39,804 nt of DNA, from positions 1 through 39,804 of the forward strand of contig JBDRNT010000122.1 of the NCBI GenBank assembly GCA_043810925.1, in the 5' to 3' direction. Origin of the DNA: Candidatus Eiseniibacteriota bacterium. GTDB lineage: Bacteria > Arandabacterota > Arandabacteria > Arandabacterales > Arandabacteraceae. Both the position numbers and the translations under genes were made by a program. This document shows, one piece after another, positions 1 to 9,625 of the stretch; position 1 is the first letter of the stretch; the number at the start of each line of letters is the position of its first letter. Under the pieces are notes generated by a model. The model had not been told where the DNA came from and searched no databases. It saw only the letters and a list, made by a program, of their open reading frames with translations.

Positions 1-990
1 GCCCGCCAGTGGTGGGGCGCCTGTGTCACCCCCGCCGACTGGCGTGATATCTGGATCACCGAGAGTTTCGGCAGATATGGACAGCCGCTTTTCGAGGAAG
101 CCCAATACGGTATCGAGGCGTATCACCGGTACATATATGAGGACCTGATGCTTCACACTTTCGCCGACGCGGACGAGGCATCCCCTGTCTATGCGCCCCT
201 CCACCCCGGGGGTCATACCATATACGAAAAGGGAACCGTGGTGCTTCACATGTTACGATTCGTACTGGGTGACTCGGTCTTCTTCAACCTGCTTCGCTCC
301 TTCAGCCAGGACTATGCCTACGGCTGTGCGACGACTGCCGATTTCCAGACTACCTCTGAACGCGTCTCCGGGCAGAACCTCGACTGGTTCTTCTCAGAGT
401 GGGTTTACGGGTGTGGTTGGCCCGAGTTCGAATATGCCTGGAATGCCGTCTCCTCTGGCAGTGGCTGGGATGTCAGCCTGGTCATGGACCAGGTGCAGAC
501 AGTGGGTCCGGTCTTTACGATGCCTGTTGAGATAGGGCTCACGACCGCAGAAGGTGATACGCTCTTAGAGATATGGATAAACGAAGCCCACGAGGAGTAT
601 GAGTTCACCGTTTCGGGTATGCCGCTCAGTCTTGAACTTGACCCGGATCACTGGGTGCTTATGAAGGTCTGTGAGGTGCCTCACGCTGGGTTTGATGCCG
701 GCCAAGTACGGACAGGCGGGATCTTCCTGAGAGCACGACCTACCCCAACCAGAGGGACTGCGCGACTACTCTATTCGGTACCGGCTCCTCAGCATCTGAG
801 CATAAACATCTACGACACTGCCGGCAGGCTGGTCACCCGCCTCTTCGATGGGCCCGTCGCTGCCGGTTCGGGCGAACTCCTCTGGAACGGCTCGACCCGC
901 TCAGGGGGGCGAGCTTCACCGGGAGTCTATTTCTGCCGCATGATCACCGAACACGGCACGCTATCGGAGCGACTAGTGCTCGTGGAATAA
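1..990 (+). CDS. M1-family (aminopeptidase N-like) metallopeptidase, C-terminal part, with C-terminal FlgD-Ig/T9SS-type sorting domain; 5' end outside window
   Basis: Frame is open from base 1: ARQWWGACVTPADWRDIWITESF (M1 QWWG..DW.DIW..E motif), YEKGTVVLHMLR, LDWFFSEWVY. C-terminus IYDTAGRLV..L..WNG..ASPGVYF. Confidence 0.85.
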   Translation, partial: ARQWWGACVTPADWRDIWITESFGRYGQPLFEEAQYGIEAYHRYIYEDLMLHTFADADEASPVYAPLHPGGHTIYEKGTVVLHMLRFVLGDSVFFNLLRSFSQDYAYGCATTADFQTTSERVSGQNLDWFFSEWVYGCGWPEFEYAWNAVSSGSGWDVSLVMDQVQTVGPVFTMPVEIGLTTAEGDTLLEIWINEAHEEYEFTVSGMPLSLELDPDHWVLMKVCEVPHAGFDAGQVRTGGIFLRARPTPTRGTARLLYSVPAPQHLSINIYDTAGRLVTRLFDGPVAAGSGELLWNGSTRSGGRASPGVYFCRMITEHGTLSERLVLVE

Positions 991-999
991 GCGGATCTT

Positions 1000-1422
1000 C
1001 TACTTGATATAGTACCCCGCGACCCGCCACTTGCCATCCTTATCGAGCATGGGCGCCACAGTCTCTATGGCGGACTTCTTGTATTCGAAAGAGGACTCAA
1101 ACTGGATTACGACATACTCGCCGTCCGGAGCTCCAGGCATTGTGGTACTGTATTCTCTCGATTTGACCTCTCTTGAGAGATTCGCGCCGAGAGGTCTTCT
1201 TACGGCCTCCATGCTTCGCTGCCACCCGTCCTTGTGCACAGCACCCTTGAAGAACTCGGCCGTCTCGTTCCAGCTCTCCTCATACTTCCCGGAATCCACC
1301 AGTGACACCCAGGCCTGGGCTGCCTTGACGGCAGCATCCTCAGCAGGCGTGTCACTCTTTGAAGAACACCCGAAGAAACAAAGAACTCCGACTACTAGCA
1401 GAATGACCGCGACTCGTCTCAT
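1000..1422 (-). CDS. DUF4019-domain lipoprotein
   Basis: Start MRRVAVILL with upstream AGGAAG; lipobox FFGC; W..LVD.GKYEESW, PGAPDGEYVVIQF, WRVAGYYI. ORF track starts at 1473. Confidence 0.8.
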   Translation of the reverse strand: MRRVAVILLVVGVLCFFGCSSKSDTPAEDAAVKAAQAWVSLVDSGKYEESWNETAEFFKGAVHKDGWQRSMEAVRRPLGANLSREVKSREYSTTMPGAPDGEYVVIQFESSFEYKKSAIETVAPMLDKDGKWRVAGYYIK

Positions 1423-1583
1423 AGCATTGTCTTCCTTTCTACCCCGATTCACTAGATAGCATGATGCTCTCATCTCCTCTTACAGCAGATTGCGGGGCTT
1501 GTCAATGCGATTGCCGCCTGATGAAGGCCGGCCAAGGCAGTGCTCAAACGCCAGAATGACCGGACTACTTCTGCATGCTCCTG

Positions 1584-2039
1584 CTACTTGCCTGAGTATG
1601 CCTCACGGAAATCTGCGAGCAGCGTCTTGAGTTTCTCGACATTGGCAAGATCGGTGCTCTGCTTTGCCTTCATGGAGTAGACAAGTATCTCGTGGAGCAG
1701 GGTCAGCTTGGTCAGATATGCTTTGTGTGCGTCTGCGTCCCCAGAGGCAACAGGCTTCACGCGCTGCTGAAGGAAGTACCAGCTGACGATCTCAGCGATC
1801 CCGTCGGCGTGATCATCCTTGGCGTTGGTCCAGCGTATGATCTGATTGAAATTCGGGTGGTCATTGTCAGAGAGCGATTCGATCTGCGTGATCGCCTTCT
1901 CAATCGTGGTGATATGTTCCTCTACTGCATCAAGTCTCGCGTCATCGTCATAGATGCCGCAGGGAACCTGGCAGTGCGCGAACGCACTGGATGCGAGAAT
2001 CAGTATTGCCGCACCGTATGTCGTTAAAGTCCTTCTCAT
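1584..2039 (-). CDS. sodN: Nickel superoxide dismutase precursor with Sec signal peptide
   Basis: Ni-hook HCQVPCGIYD directly follows the AFA signal-peptidase site; SD AGGAGG before ATG at 2039; alternative in-frame ATG at 2099. Confidence 0.9.
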   Translation of the reverse strand: MRRTLTTYGAAILILASSAFAHCQVPCGIYDDDARLDAVEEHITTIEKAITQIESLSDNDHPNFNQIIRWTNAKDDHADGIAEIVSWYFLQQRVKPVASGDADAHKAYLTKLTLLHEILVYSMKAKQSTDLANVEKLKTLLADFREAYSGK

Positions 2040-2207
2040 ACTGCTCCTCCTTTTCCCGTTACCTTCTCGGGCCGTTCGGACACACCGATCCATTTTCATG
2101 CTTCTCTCCTTAGATTCATAGATCCATTGTGGGTTTCGAAGGCAAGATTACCTGAGTATCTTCCCGATCTGCTCCCAGGCCGCGCCGCGGCCGGTAATGG
2201 AGCCACC

Positions 2208-3173
2208 TCACCACCACGGATCCTGACCGATCGCTCCTCCAATCCCTGCAAACACGCTGTAGTCCGGGTGGTCGATGCCTACCGGATGCTCGCAGTCTCT
2301 TACATCGATCGTTCCGAGATCAGGGTGTGGAATGACGGAGACTACGCCGTAATCAAAGATCCAGGCCCAGCCTGGGATTGCAGCAGAACTTGTTTGACAG
2401 GTATTCCAGGTGTGGGAAATCGCATCACCGGGCATTACTATCGCTCCGACTGTGATATCACTGCAACTTGTGAATACGCAGCTATATAAGCCAGGCCATG
2501 TGAGGGCATAATCGAAGCCTTGATACTCCTCGAGATAGTAGAACACCGGGAAGCAGTCAGCATCAGCACGTTGCTCAGTGGTTATGATGTCGCCCCAGCC
2601 GTCGATCGCCGGGAAATTCTTGGAGCAGGTTCTGGGCCGGTGAGGCAAGACGTGGACTGCAACCCTCACACTCGGGTTGGTCCCGTGGACGTCTGGCCCG
2701 GCATACGAGCCCACTCCAGGCAGTCTGCCGGGGTCATCAGCATCATCCCTGCAATAGAAGAAATATGAGTGCGCGTCACCGCGTTCCAGCGAGGTCGCGA
2801 AATAGTATGATCCACTGTCGGGTCTCCCGCTGGTTAGAGTCATATCGTTGGGGTTTCCATCTACATGGACTTGAATGACAGAGGGCTCGTCTCCGTCCAG
2901 ATCGTAATAATCCACAGTGTACTCGAACTCTACGGCGATTGTCCCGGAGGCTGGGGAAACATCTCCCCCGGTCAGAGTCGGTGGGTAACTATCCTCTTGC
3001 CAGATGCGCGCCCTGCTGTCGTGATCCATGCCGAGTGTATCTGAGGGTGCCGTCGTGGGGTTTGCGGAGGGTCCGGGATCAAATCGCGGTGCGGTCGGGC
3101 TCTGATGTTTCTCACTGCAGTTTATGGACAGGCCAGTGAGAACAACCACGAGGAAGCAACACATCCTTTTCAT
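2208..3173 (-). CDS. Hypothetical exported or lipoprotein with an Ig-like domain and a Cys-containing C-terminal domain
   Basis: Hydrophobic N-terminus ending SINC; Pro/Thr linker; beta-rich segment [15 protein letters not shown]...HSYFFYC. Confidence 0.6.
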   Translation of the reverse strand: MKRMCCFLVVVLTGLSINCSEKHQSPTAPRFDPGPSANPTTAPSDTLGMDHDSRARIWQEDSYPPTLTGGDVSPASGTIAVEFEYTVDYYDLDGDEPSVIQVHVDGNPNDMTLTSGRPDSGSYYFATSLERGDAHSYFFYCRDDADDPGRLPGVGSYAGPDVHGTNPSVRVAVHVLPHRPRTCSKNFPAIDGWGDIITTEQRADADCFPVFYYLEEYQGFDYALTWPGLYSCVFTSCSDITVGAIVMPGDAISHTWNTCQTSSAAIPGWAWIFDYGVVSVIPHPDLGTIDVRDCEHPVGIDHPDYSVFAGIGGAIGQDPWW

Positions 3174-3260
3174 GGGTCAGATCACCCCGGCTCGTTGGCT
3201 TCGGCCGAAACACACGAATTGGGTTATCCTCAGCGAAAGGTGTTGTTGCGTTTAGTCAGA

Positions 3261-3337
3261 TGGTCGGGGCGACTGGATTTGAACCAGCGACCACTGGCCC
3301 CCCATGCCAGTGCGCTACCAGGCTGCGCCACGCCCCG
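3261..3337 (-). tRNA. tRNA-Pro(GGG)
   Basis: CGGGGCG acceptor stem, anticodon arm CTGGC-ATGGGGG-GCCAG, GGTTCAAATCC T-arm, encoded CCA. Confidence 0.97.
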
Positions 3338-3364
3338 ACCGTTCATCTCTATTCTTACAGTAGT

Positions 3365-3393
3365 ATGCTACAGTACCCTGACTGAGGTTGCAA
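3365..3393 (-). promoter_or_regulatory. sigma70-type promoter of tRNA-Pro
   Basis: TTGCAA-N17-TAGCAT upstream of the tRNA. Confidence 0.55.
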
Positions 3394-3445
3394 GAGAAAG
3401 TCGGAGAGAAAAGGCCGTTGGGCGCAGAGGCCCGACGCCACAGCC

Positions 3446-3480
3446 AGATTGCCACGGCTCCTTCGGAGCCTCGCAATGGC
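3446..3480. repeat. REP-like palindromic repeat, copy 1
   Basis: AGATTGCCACGGCTCCTTCGGAGCCTCGCAATGGC; internal hairpin GGCTCC-TTC-GGAGCC; 33/35 identical to 4618-4652. Confidence 0.8.
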
Positions 3481-3482
3481 TC

Positions 3483-3511
3483 TTGATTCGCTCTGTACGT
3501 AGTAATATAGT
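3483..3511 (+). promoter_or_regulatory. sigma70-type promoter of glycosyltransferase (near-leaderless)
   Basis: TTGATT-N17-TATAGT; ATG lies 8 nt after the -10 element; no SD. Confidence 0.55.
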
Positions 3512-3519
3512 GGTGTTCT

Positions 3520-4611
3520 ATGAGACTATGTTTTCTGGCTGATGCCACCGACACCCACACTCGAAAGTGGGTATCTTTCTTTGCCGGGCAGGGTCACGAA
3601 GTCCACCTGATATCTTTTCGGGATGCAGAGATTCCCGATGTGGCGGTCCACCCCGTCAAGATGGTCTATCCGGTCAAGATCGGTGCCGCGGCATCAATTA
3701 CCGGAAAGATCGGATACTTCTTCTATCTCCGCGAGTTCAAGGGTCTCATCAGGGCCATTGCACCCGACATTCTCCATGCTCACCGGGCCACTCCCTACGG
3801 CTTGCTGGGAGCACACTCGGGGTATCACCCGTTCTTCTTATCGGTCTCGGGGAGTGATGTTCTGGTCTTTCCGCACAAGTCCCGATGGCATCGGGCGATC
3901 CTCAAGTCCATACTCAACAGAGCTGATCACCTCACCGCAACGAGCAGGATGTTGACCGGTGAAACCAGGAAGTACCTCAAGCAAGATAGGAAGGTGCACA
4001 CGATCCCTTCCGGAGTGAACATAGAGAGGTTTAAGCCCAGAGCGGCGAAGCCGGCTAATGACCCACACTTGACAATCGGTGTTGTAAAGAGACTTGAGAA
4101 GACAGCCGGTATAGAGTACTTGATAAGGGCCTTTGCCCTGCTGCTTGAGTTTGACCCCTTCCTCTCCCTCGTCATAGTGGGTGAAGGTACCGAAGAGGAG
4201 GCCCTCAAGGAGCTCTGCCTATCACTCGATATCGGGGGCAGTGTCCGGTTTACGGGCTTCGTAGAGAACGAACGCATCCCGGCTCTCCTTAATCGCATGG
4301 ATATGCTCGTCCTTCCCTCGATCAGTGAGGCTTTCGGGGTTACGGCCTTGGAAGCCGCGGCCTGTGGGCTCCCGGTTATTGCTTCAAATACCGGAGGGTT
4401 GCCGGAGGTCGTACTTGACGGTGAAACGGGGTTCCTGGTCGCTCCTAAGAAGCCGGAAGCCATCGTCCGGAAAGCCGTGCTCCTGATCAAGGACGCCGGA
4501 ATGAGGCAGCGGATGGGAGAAGCCGGACGGAAGTTCGTTGAGGAGAACTACGTCTGGCGGAAGAATGCCGAGGAGATGGAGAAGTTGTACCGGAGGGTGG
4601 TCAAGAAGTGA
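3520..4611 (+). CDS. GT4-family glycosyltransferase
   Basis: N-terminal HT.KW motif; [29 protein letters not shown] (EX7E) motif. Confidence 0.92.
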   Translation: MRLCFLADATDTHTRKWVSFFAGQGHEVHLISFRDAEIPDVAVHPVKMVYPVKIGAAASITGKIGYFFYLREFKGLIRAIAPDILHAHRATPYGLLGAHSGYHPFFLSVSGSDVLVFPHKSRWHRAILKSILNRADHLTATSRMLTGETRKYLKQDRKVHTIPSGVNIERFKPRAAKPANDPHLTIGVVKRLEKTAGIEYLIRAFALLLEFDPFLSLVIVGEGTEEEALKELCLSLDIGGSVRFTGFVENERIPALLNRMDMLVLPSISEAFGVTALEAAACGLPVIASNTGGLPEVVLDGETGFLVAPKKPEAIVRKAVLLIKDAGMRQRMGEAGRKFVEENYVWRKNAEEMEKLYRRVVKK

Positions 4612-4617
4612 GGAATG

Positions 4618-4652
4618 AGATTGCCACGGCTCCTTCAGAGCCCCGCAATGGC
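4618..4652. repeat. REP-like palindromic repeat, copy 2 (plus partial copy TCTCGCAATGAC at 4669-4680)
   Basis: AGATTGCCACGGCTCCTTCAGAGCCCCGCAATGGC, direct repeat of 3446-3480. Confidence 0.8.
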
Positions 4653-4727
4653 AGATAGAGGTTCGGGATCTCGCAATGACGAGGGCGGTTGTCTGCAGGC
4701 CCCCTGGCAGGAGCCGGACACCCGACG

Positions 4728-5081
4728 CTACTGGGCTTCAAGAATCTTCTGAAGCTCCATGAGTTCCCGTCTAAGCGACTCGATCACTTCGTCCCGCTTG
4801 TCCTTCTTGGATGGTTTTCGGCCGCTCGGGTTGGTCTTGCCCTGCAGAAGTCTCTTCTTGGCACCCGCAATCGTGAAGCCCTCCTCATAAAGCAGCTTCT
4901 TTATGGTCTGGATCACCTCTATGTCGCCCGCCCTGTACGTGCGGTTGCCCGCACGGTTCTTCTTGGGTCGCAGGGCTTTGAACTCGGTTTCCCAGTAACG
5001 CAGTACGTGCGGCTTCACGCTCGTAAGCTCCGCGACCTCCGTTATGGAGTAGTAGAGCTTTGTAGGTGTCTTCTTCCTCAT
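4728..5081 (-). CDS. MerR-family HTH regulator
   Basis: [10 protein letters not shown]...[26 protein letters not shown]. Confidence 0.9.
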   Translation of the reverse strand: MRKKTPTKLYYSITEVAELTSVKPHVLRYWETEFKALRPKKNRAGNRTYRAGDIEVIQTIKKLLYEEGFTIAGAKKRLLQGKTNPSGRKPSKKDKRDEVIESLRRELMELQKILEAQ

Positions 5082-5096
5082 TTCATCGCTCCTTGA

Positions 5097-6113
5097 CTAT
5101 TGCCAGACCTCTGGCTTCGGGGTTCTCAACATAAGGTCGTTAATCGCCTCCTCGGCGGATTTATCCTCAAAGAGAATCTTATAGACCTCTGATGCGATCG
5201 GCATCTCGACCTTGTATCTCTCGGCAAGCCCAACGGCACTCCGGGTCGTGCGTACCCCTTCTGCTACCATCACCATCCCCGACAGCACGTCATCCAGCGT
5301 CCGGCCCTTCCCTATTTCCTCACCGACATACCTGTTCCTGCTGTGCTTTGAAACACAAGTTGTGATGAGGTCACCGATGCCTGCAAGTCCGGAGAAGGTC
5401 TCAGGCCTGGCTCCCATCTTGATACCCAGCCGGGACATCTCGGCCAGCCCCCGTGTAAGCAGTGCGCCCTTGGTGTTATCTCCGTAACCGAGGCCGTCAC
5501 ACATTCCGGCCGCGATAGCTACGACATTCTTAAGCGCCACCCCTGCTTCCACCCCGACCACATCCGTATTGGTATAGACTCTGAACCTGGGCGTCATGAA
5601 GATGTCCCTCACCGTGTCTGCCGTATGCTCGCTCTTTGAGGCTGCGACAACGGTGGTGGGCACTCCCCTGCTGACCTCTTCTGCATGGCTCGGACCGACG
5701 AGTACTGCCACGCGGCCGGGTTCGACACCGGCAACCTGCTCGACGATCTCGGACATCCGCATGAGGGTGTTTTCCTCAATCCCCTTGGTTGCGATCACAA
5801 CTGTCTGATGGCGCGTGAGCGAACGCGCCACTGTCTCCGCCGTCTTACGCATCCCGTGGGAAGGGATCACGAAGACGATGACGTCACTTCCGGCCAGGGC
5901 CCGATCGGCGTCCGGTGTTATCAGGATGTCGTCAGGAATATGTATACCGGGCAACATCTCCCTATTCTCCCGGTTGGCCATCATTGCGGCCGCCCGCTCG
6001 ACAAAAAGCTCCCATATGCTCACCCTGTGCCCCGCATCATGAAGGAGTACCGAAAGCGCGGTGCCCCAGCTGCCACCGCCGAGGATGGTTATGGTTTGAC
6101 CTTTTCCTTTCAC
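5097..6113 (-). CDS. gpsA: NAD(P)H-dependent glycerol-3-phosphate dehydrogenase
   Basis: GGGSWGTAL, ALKNVVAIAAG, GIGDLITTC.S.HSRNR motifs. Confidence 0.97.
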   Translation of the reverse strand: MKGKGQTITILGGGSWGTALSVLLHDAGHRVSIWELFVERAAAMMANRENREMLPGIHIPDDILITPDADRALAGSDVIVFVIPSHGMRKTAETVARSLTRHQTVVIATKGIEENTLMRMSEIVEQVAGVEPGRVAVLVGPSHAEEVSRGVPTTVVAASKSEHTADTVRDIFMTPRFRVYTNTDVVGVEAGVALKNVVAIAAGMCDGLGYGDNTKGALLTRGLAEMSRLGIKMGARPETFSGLAGIGDLITTCVSKHSRNRYVGEEIGKGRTLDDVLSGMVMVAEGVRTTRSAVGLAERYKVEMPIASEVYKILFEDKSAEEAINDLMLRTPKPEVWQ

Positions 6114-6736
6114 TTGGTCCGTTCCTCCAACCTGCCGATACGGTTCTCCGTACCGCTGAGCAGGCGTTTTATGTTTGACCTGTGACGCACGACAACGAGC
6201 GCAGCAATGGCCACTGAAAGATAGAAGACCGGGTTAGAGGCCGTCCCCTCCCTGTCAAAGACGGCGACAAGGATGGGAAGTGCGATCGCGCCGCACAGGG
6301 ATCCCAGGGAAACGTATTTAAAGACCCCAACAAGGACGATCCATAGGGCGAGGCAGATTGCCGTGGCGAGCGGCACAAGCCCCATAAAGACACCGACCGC
6401 CGTGGCGACACCCTTACCACCGCGAAATCTCATGAATACGCCCGCAACGCTTCCGAGTGTGACGGCGATGCCGCAGACGAGCCCCAGATGGACCGACGAA
6501 CCCCGAGCACTCGCGAGCATCGGGAAGATGATCGTAGCTATAAGTCCCTTGCATGCATCAAGAGCAAAGACCAGGAGTGCAATCTTAAGACCCAGAGCAC
6601 GATAGACATTGGTCGATCCTATGTTGCCGCTTCCTACCTGCCTTAAGTCGACCCCTCCGGCCCTTGCGATCATGAAACCGAAAGGAACTGAGCCCAGGAC
6701 ATAGGCCGCTACGACCAGACCGATGGTCTCTGTCAT
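6110..6736 (-). CDS. plsY: Glycerol-3-phosphate acyltransferase
   Basis: GSGNIGSTN, FRGGKGVAT, RHRSNI.RL..GTE motifs; der-plsY-gpsA synteny. Confidence 0.95.
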   Translation of the reverse strand: MTETIGLVVAAYVLGSVPFGFMIARAGGVDLRQVGSGNIGSTNVYRALGLKIALLVFALDACKGLIATIIFPMLASARGSSVHLGLVCGIAVTLGSVAGVFMRFRGGKGVATAVGVFMGLVPLATAICLALWIVLVGVFKYVSLGSLCGAIALPILVAVFDREGTASNPVFYLSVAIAALVVVRHRSNIKRLLSGTENRIGRLEERTK

Positions 6737-6737
6737 A

Positions 6738-8114
6738 TCACTTGCTCTTCCTTATTCTGATTCTTACCGGGCAACCTTCGAATGAGAAGAGGCGCCTCAC
6801 CTGCTTCTCGATGTATCTCCTGTAGTTGTCTGTGAAAAAAGACGTATCGTTTACGAACATGGTAAATGCAGGCGGCTTGCTTCCCGTCTGCGCGACGTAG
6901 TAGACCCTGCCAAAGCGTTTGCCACGTGAACCCGGCGGTTTCCTCTCCACGGCCGGAAGCAGCGCGCGGTTGAGCACTCCCGTTGGGATTCGCGTGTCGC
7001 GATTACCGCGAACACGGAAGCAGGTCTCCACGAGTGAGTCTATCCCCCGGCCCGTCAGGCAGGATGTGAACACGACGGGTATGTGCGGTAAATGCCGGAG
7101 TCTATTCTTAACCATCTCGATATAGGCTGTCTCATCCTCGGCGCCCTTAAGATCCCATTTGTTCCAGGCAATCACCATTCCCTTGCCCGACTTCTCCACA
7201 TAGGCTGCTATCGTGAGGTCCTGCTTGGCGAGCCCGCTATCAGAGTCCAGCATAAGCACAACCACATCCGAACGGTCGATCGCACCCATGGACCGGATGT
7301 TTGCGTACTTCTCAAGATCGCTGTTCGTTCTTGATTTCCTTCTCAAGCCGGCGGTATCCACAAGTTTCACAGGGCCGTAGGCCGTATCGATTAAGGTATC
7401 GATCGAATCCCGCGTTGTTCCCGGCTGGTCATCGACAATGACCGTCTCGCTGCCGGCAAGCCTGTTTACAAGTGAGGACTTGCCCACATTGGGCTTCCCG
7501 ACGACTGTGATCGCAGCCAGATCCTCAGCGTCACCGCCTATCGCAGGGAGTCTTTCGGTCACGGCATCGAGGAGATCTCCCAGGTTATAACCCTGCTCGG
7601 CTGAGATCTCTATGAAATCGCCAAGCCCGAGTTCGTAGAACTCCGGTGTCTGGGCGCGCCCCTTCCCGGTATCTACCTTGTTGGCGACGACCAGATATTT
7701 CTTCCGGGTCTTTCTTATGGTCTGTGCGATCTCCTTATCAAGCGGCGTCAGACCGCTGGCGGCATCCACCACGAAGACAACAAGCACCGCTTCCTCAATG
7801 GCCGTCTCCACCTGTTTCCTTACCAGGGTCTCGATGGTGTCTTCGGAGCTGGGCACAAGCCCGCCGGTATCGACAACGAAGAAGCGCTTGCCCGCCCAGT
7901 AAGTTTCCCTGTAGTTACGATCTCTCGTAACACCCGGCTGGTCATCGACAATCGCGATCCGGCCGCGGACAATCCGGTTGAATAGCGTGGATTTCCCCAC
8001 ATTGGGCCGTCCGACAATAGCGACAACGGGAAGGTCCCTGTAGCCCGGACGCGCTACTCCGTCCGGCCCCTCAGTGGGAATCTGCTCCGGCTTCTTGTCA
8101 GTCGTTGAACACAC
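6738..8114 (-). CDS. der: Ribosome biogenesis GTPase Der (EngA); start uncertain
   Basis: Two GTPase domains (GRPNVGKS, GKPNVGKS; DTGG, DTAG) and a C-terminal KH-like domain. Confidence 0.96.
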   Translation of the reverse strand: MCSTTDKKPEQIPTEGPDGVARPGYRDLPVVAIVGRPNVGKSTLFNRIVRGRIAIVDDQPGVTRDRNYRETYWAGKRFFVVDTGGLVPSSEDTIETLVRKQVETAIEEAVLVVFVVDAASGLTPLDKEIAQTIRKTRKKYLVVANKVDTGKGRAQTPEFYELGLGDFIEISAEQGYNLGDLLDAVTERLPAIGGDAEDLAAITVVGKPNVGKSSLVNRLAGSETVIVDDQPGTTRDSIDTLIDTAYGPVKLVDTAGLRRKSRTNSDLEKYANIRSMGAIDRSDVVVLMLDSDSGLAKQDLTIAAYVEKSGKGMVIAWNKWDLKGAEDETAYIEMVKNRLRHLPHIPVVFTSCLTGRGIDSLVETCFRVRGNRDTRIPTGVLNRALLPAVERKPPGSRGKRFGRVYYVAQTGSKPPAFTMFVNDTSFFTDNYRRYIEKQVRRLFSFEGCPVRIRIRKSK

Positions 8115-9435
8115 TATCGAGCCTCTTCATGGTTTCCTTCATGTCATAATCACCCACAACCACCGGCACGCCGAGAGCATCGCTCATACGGGATACCGTC
8201 ATATCATCAAGTGTGATTCCGTCGCTGTTGACCATGCTGGGAGGAACAACGACTGCATCACAGGACGGCACCCTGAGGACACTCTCAAGAATGTCCCTAC
8301 CCGGGAGTAACCCGCTCACGGTCACCGTGGGACCGAAGAGTGAATTCGCCACGGGGACCACCTCGACATCGACAAGTCCGGTCCTCAGGATGGATGCCAT
8401 CTCTTCAATATGAGGCGCCGCAAGCTGCCCCGTCACAAAGACAAGACGCTTGCCCTCGAGTGCCCGCGGTACCTTGAGATTCCTGGTGCTCTCCACAAGC
8501 ATACGCAAGAGTCCTACACCATTTTCGATCTGGGGATAATCATCGTAGTACGATGCCGCCGGAACAGGTGATCCGCTTAGAAGCAGGAGCTCATCCGACG
8601 CGTAGACGAGACCCCGGCCTGTGGTCTCCCTCATTCTCGTGTTTAAGACTCGTACGTACCGCACCATTTCCCGGGCCCGGGCGGGGCTCACGCCTTCAAG
8701 GGGCTTGAGTCCCTGTCTGTAGCAGGTTAGCCCGACCGGTACGATGCTTATCGAAAGAATGATCTCATGGCGGTCACACAGGCTGCTGAGCGTTCGTCTG
8801 AGCACATCGCCGTCATTGAAACCGGGGACGACAACCACCTGGGTGTGAAACTTGATACCTCCGCCACCGAGCCGGTCAAGGATTGAGAGTATGCTTTCCT
8901 TATGCTCCCTCCCGAGAAGTCGCGCCCTCACCCCCTCATCGGTGGCATGAACCGAAACGTAGAGAGGCGACAGATGCATCCGGAGGATCCTCTCCTCGTC
9001 CAGCGGCGAAAGGTTGGTAAGCGTAAGGTAGCTACCGTGGAGGAACGAGAGTCTGTAATCCTCATCCTTAAGATAGAGCGCGGCTCTCAGGCCAAGGGGC
9101 AACTGGTCGACAAAGCAGAAGACACACCTGTTGTTACAGCGGGCGGGAGGTCCGGTCTCTATCTCGACTCCGGTCTCCTCCATCGGTTTCCGCTTGAGCT
9201 TAAGCGCGACCTCGTCTTCCCCGCGCACCACAGTGAGACTGTAACCGGGGCTAAAGGAGGCGATGTAGAAATCGAGAAAGTCGTTGATGGGTTCGGAATC
9301 GATATGGGTCACGACATCACCGGCGCAAAGCCCGGCACGGTCTGCGGGGGAATCCACCGTGACACCGCGGACGATCACTCCGGTGTTGGACGCTTTAGCC
9401 CTCGTATGTGCATCTTCGGATTTGAGGGCTGTCAT
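8098..9435 (-). CDS. DUF512 / PDZ-containing radical SAM-like Fe-S protein
   Basis: N-terminal PDZ, CNNRCVFCF (CX3CX2C), KDEDYRLSFL, QIENGVG. Start moved to 9435 (SD GAGGAG) because the longer ORF overlaps tRNA-Gly. Confidence 0.9.
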   Translation of the reverse strand: MTALKSEDAHTRAKASNTGVIVRGVTVDSPADRAGLCAGDVVTHIDSEPINDFLDFYIASFSPGYSLTVVRGEDEVALKLKRKPMEETGVEIETGPPARCNNRCVFCFVDQLPLGLRAALYLKDEDYRLSFLHGSYLTLTNLSPLDEERILRMHLSPLYVSVHATDEGVRARLLGREHKESILSILDRLGGGGIKFHTQVVVVPGFNDGDVLRRTLSSLCDRHEIILSISIVPVGLTCYRQGLKPLEGVSPARAREMVRYVRVLNTRMRETTGRGLVYASDELLLLSGSPVPAASYYDDYPQIENGVGLLRMLVESTRNLKVPRALEGKRLVFVTGQLAAPHIEEMASILRTGLVDVEVVPVANSLFGPTVTVSGLLPGRDILESVLRVPSCDAVVVPPSMVNSDGITLDDMTVSRMSDALGVPVVVGDYDMKETMKRLDSVFND

Positions 9436-9458
9436 TGCCGTCTCCTCAGCGCGAAAAA

Positions 9459-9533
9459 TGGAGCGGGCAACGGGATTCGAACCCGCGACCCTCAGCTTGG
9501 GAAGCTGATACTCTACCACTGAGTTATGCCCGC
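9459..9533 (-). tRNA. tRNA-Gly(CCC)
   Basis: GCGGGCA acceptor stem, TCAGC-TTCCCAA-GCTGA anticodon arm, GGTTCGAATCC, encoded CCA. Confidence 0.97.
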
Positions 9534-9583
9534 ACCAATAGCCTCTTCCCTGCGTCATGCAGGGCGTTTCGCTAACTCTCGGA

Positions 9584-9612
9584 AACGTAACAGAATGCGG
9601 TAATCACGTCAA
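9584..9612 (-). promoter_or_regulatory. sigma70-type promoter of tRNA-Gly/DUF512-der operon
   Basis: TTGACG-N17-TACGTT. Confidence 0.55.
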
Positions 9613-9625
9613 GGAAAATCTTACG

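Noticed and set aside
2040-2207. NiCo or other metal riboswitch upstream of sodN
   Set aside because: I could not find the expected multi-way junction; only a GC hairpin after the upstream gene.
3105-3560. ORFs overlapping tRNA-Pro and the REP-like repeat
   Set aside because: They are translations of tRNA and repeat sequence.
9436-9558. N-terminal extension of the DUF512 ORF
   Set aside because: It runs through tRNA-Gly; an SD supports a start at 9435.
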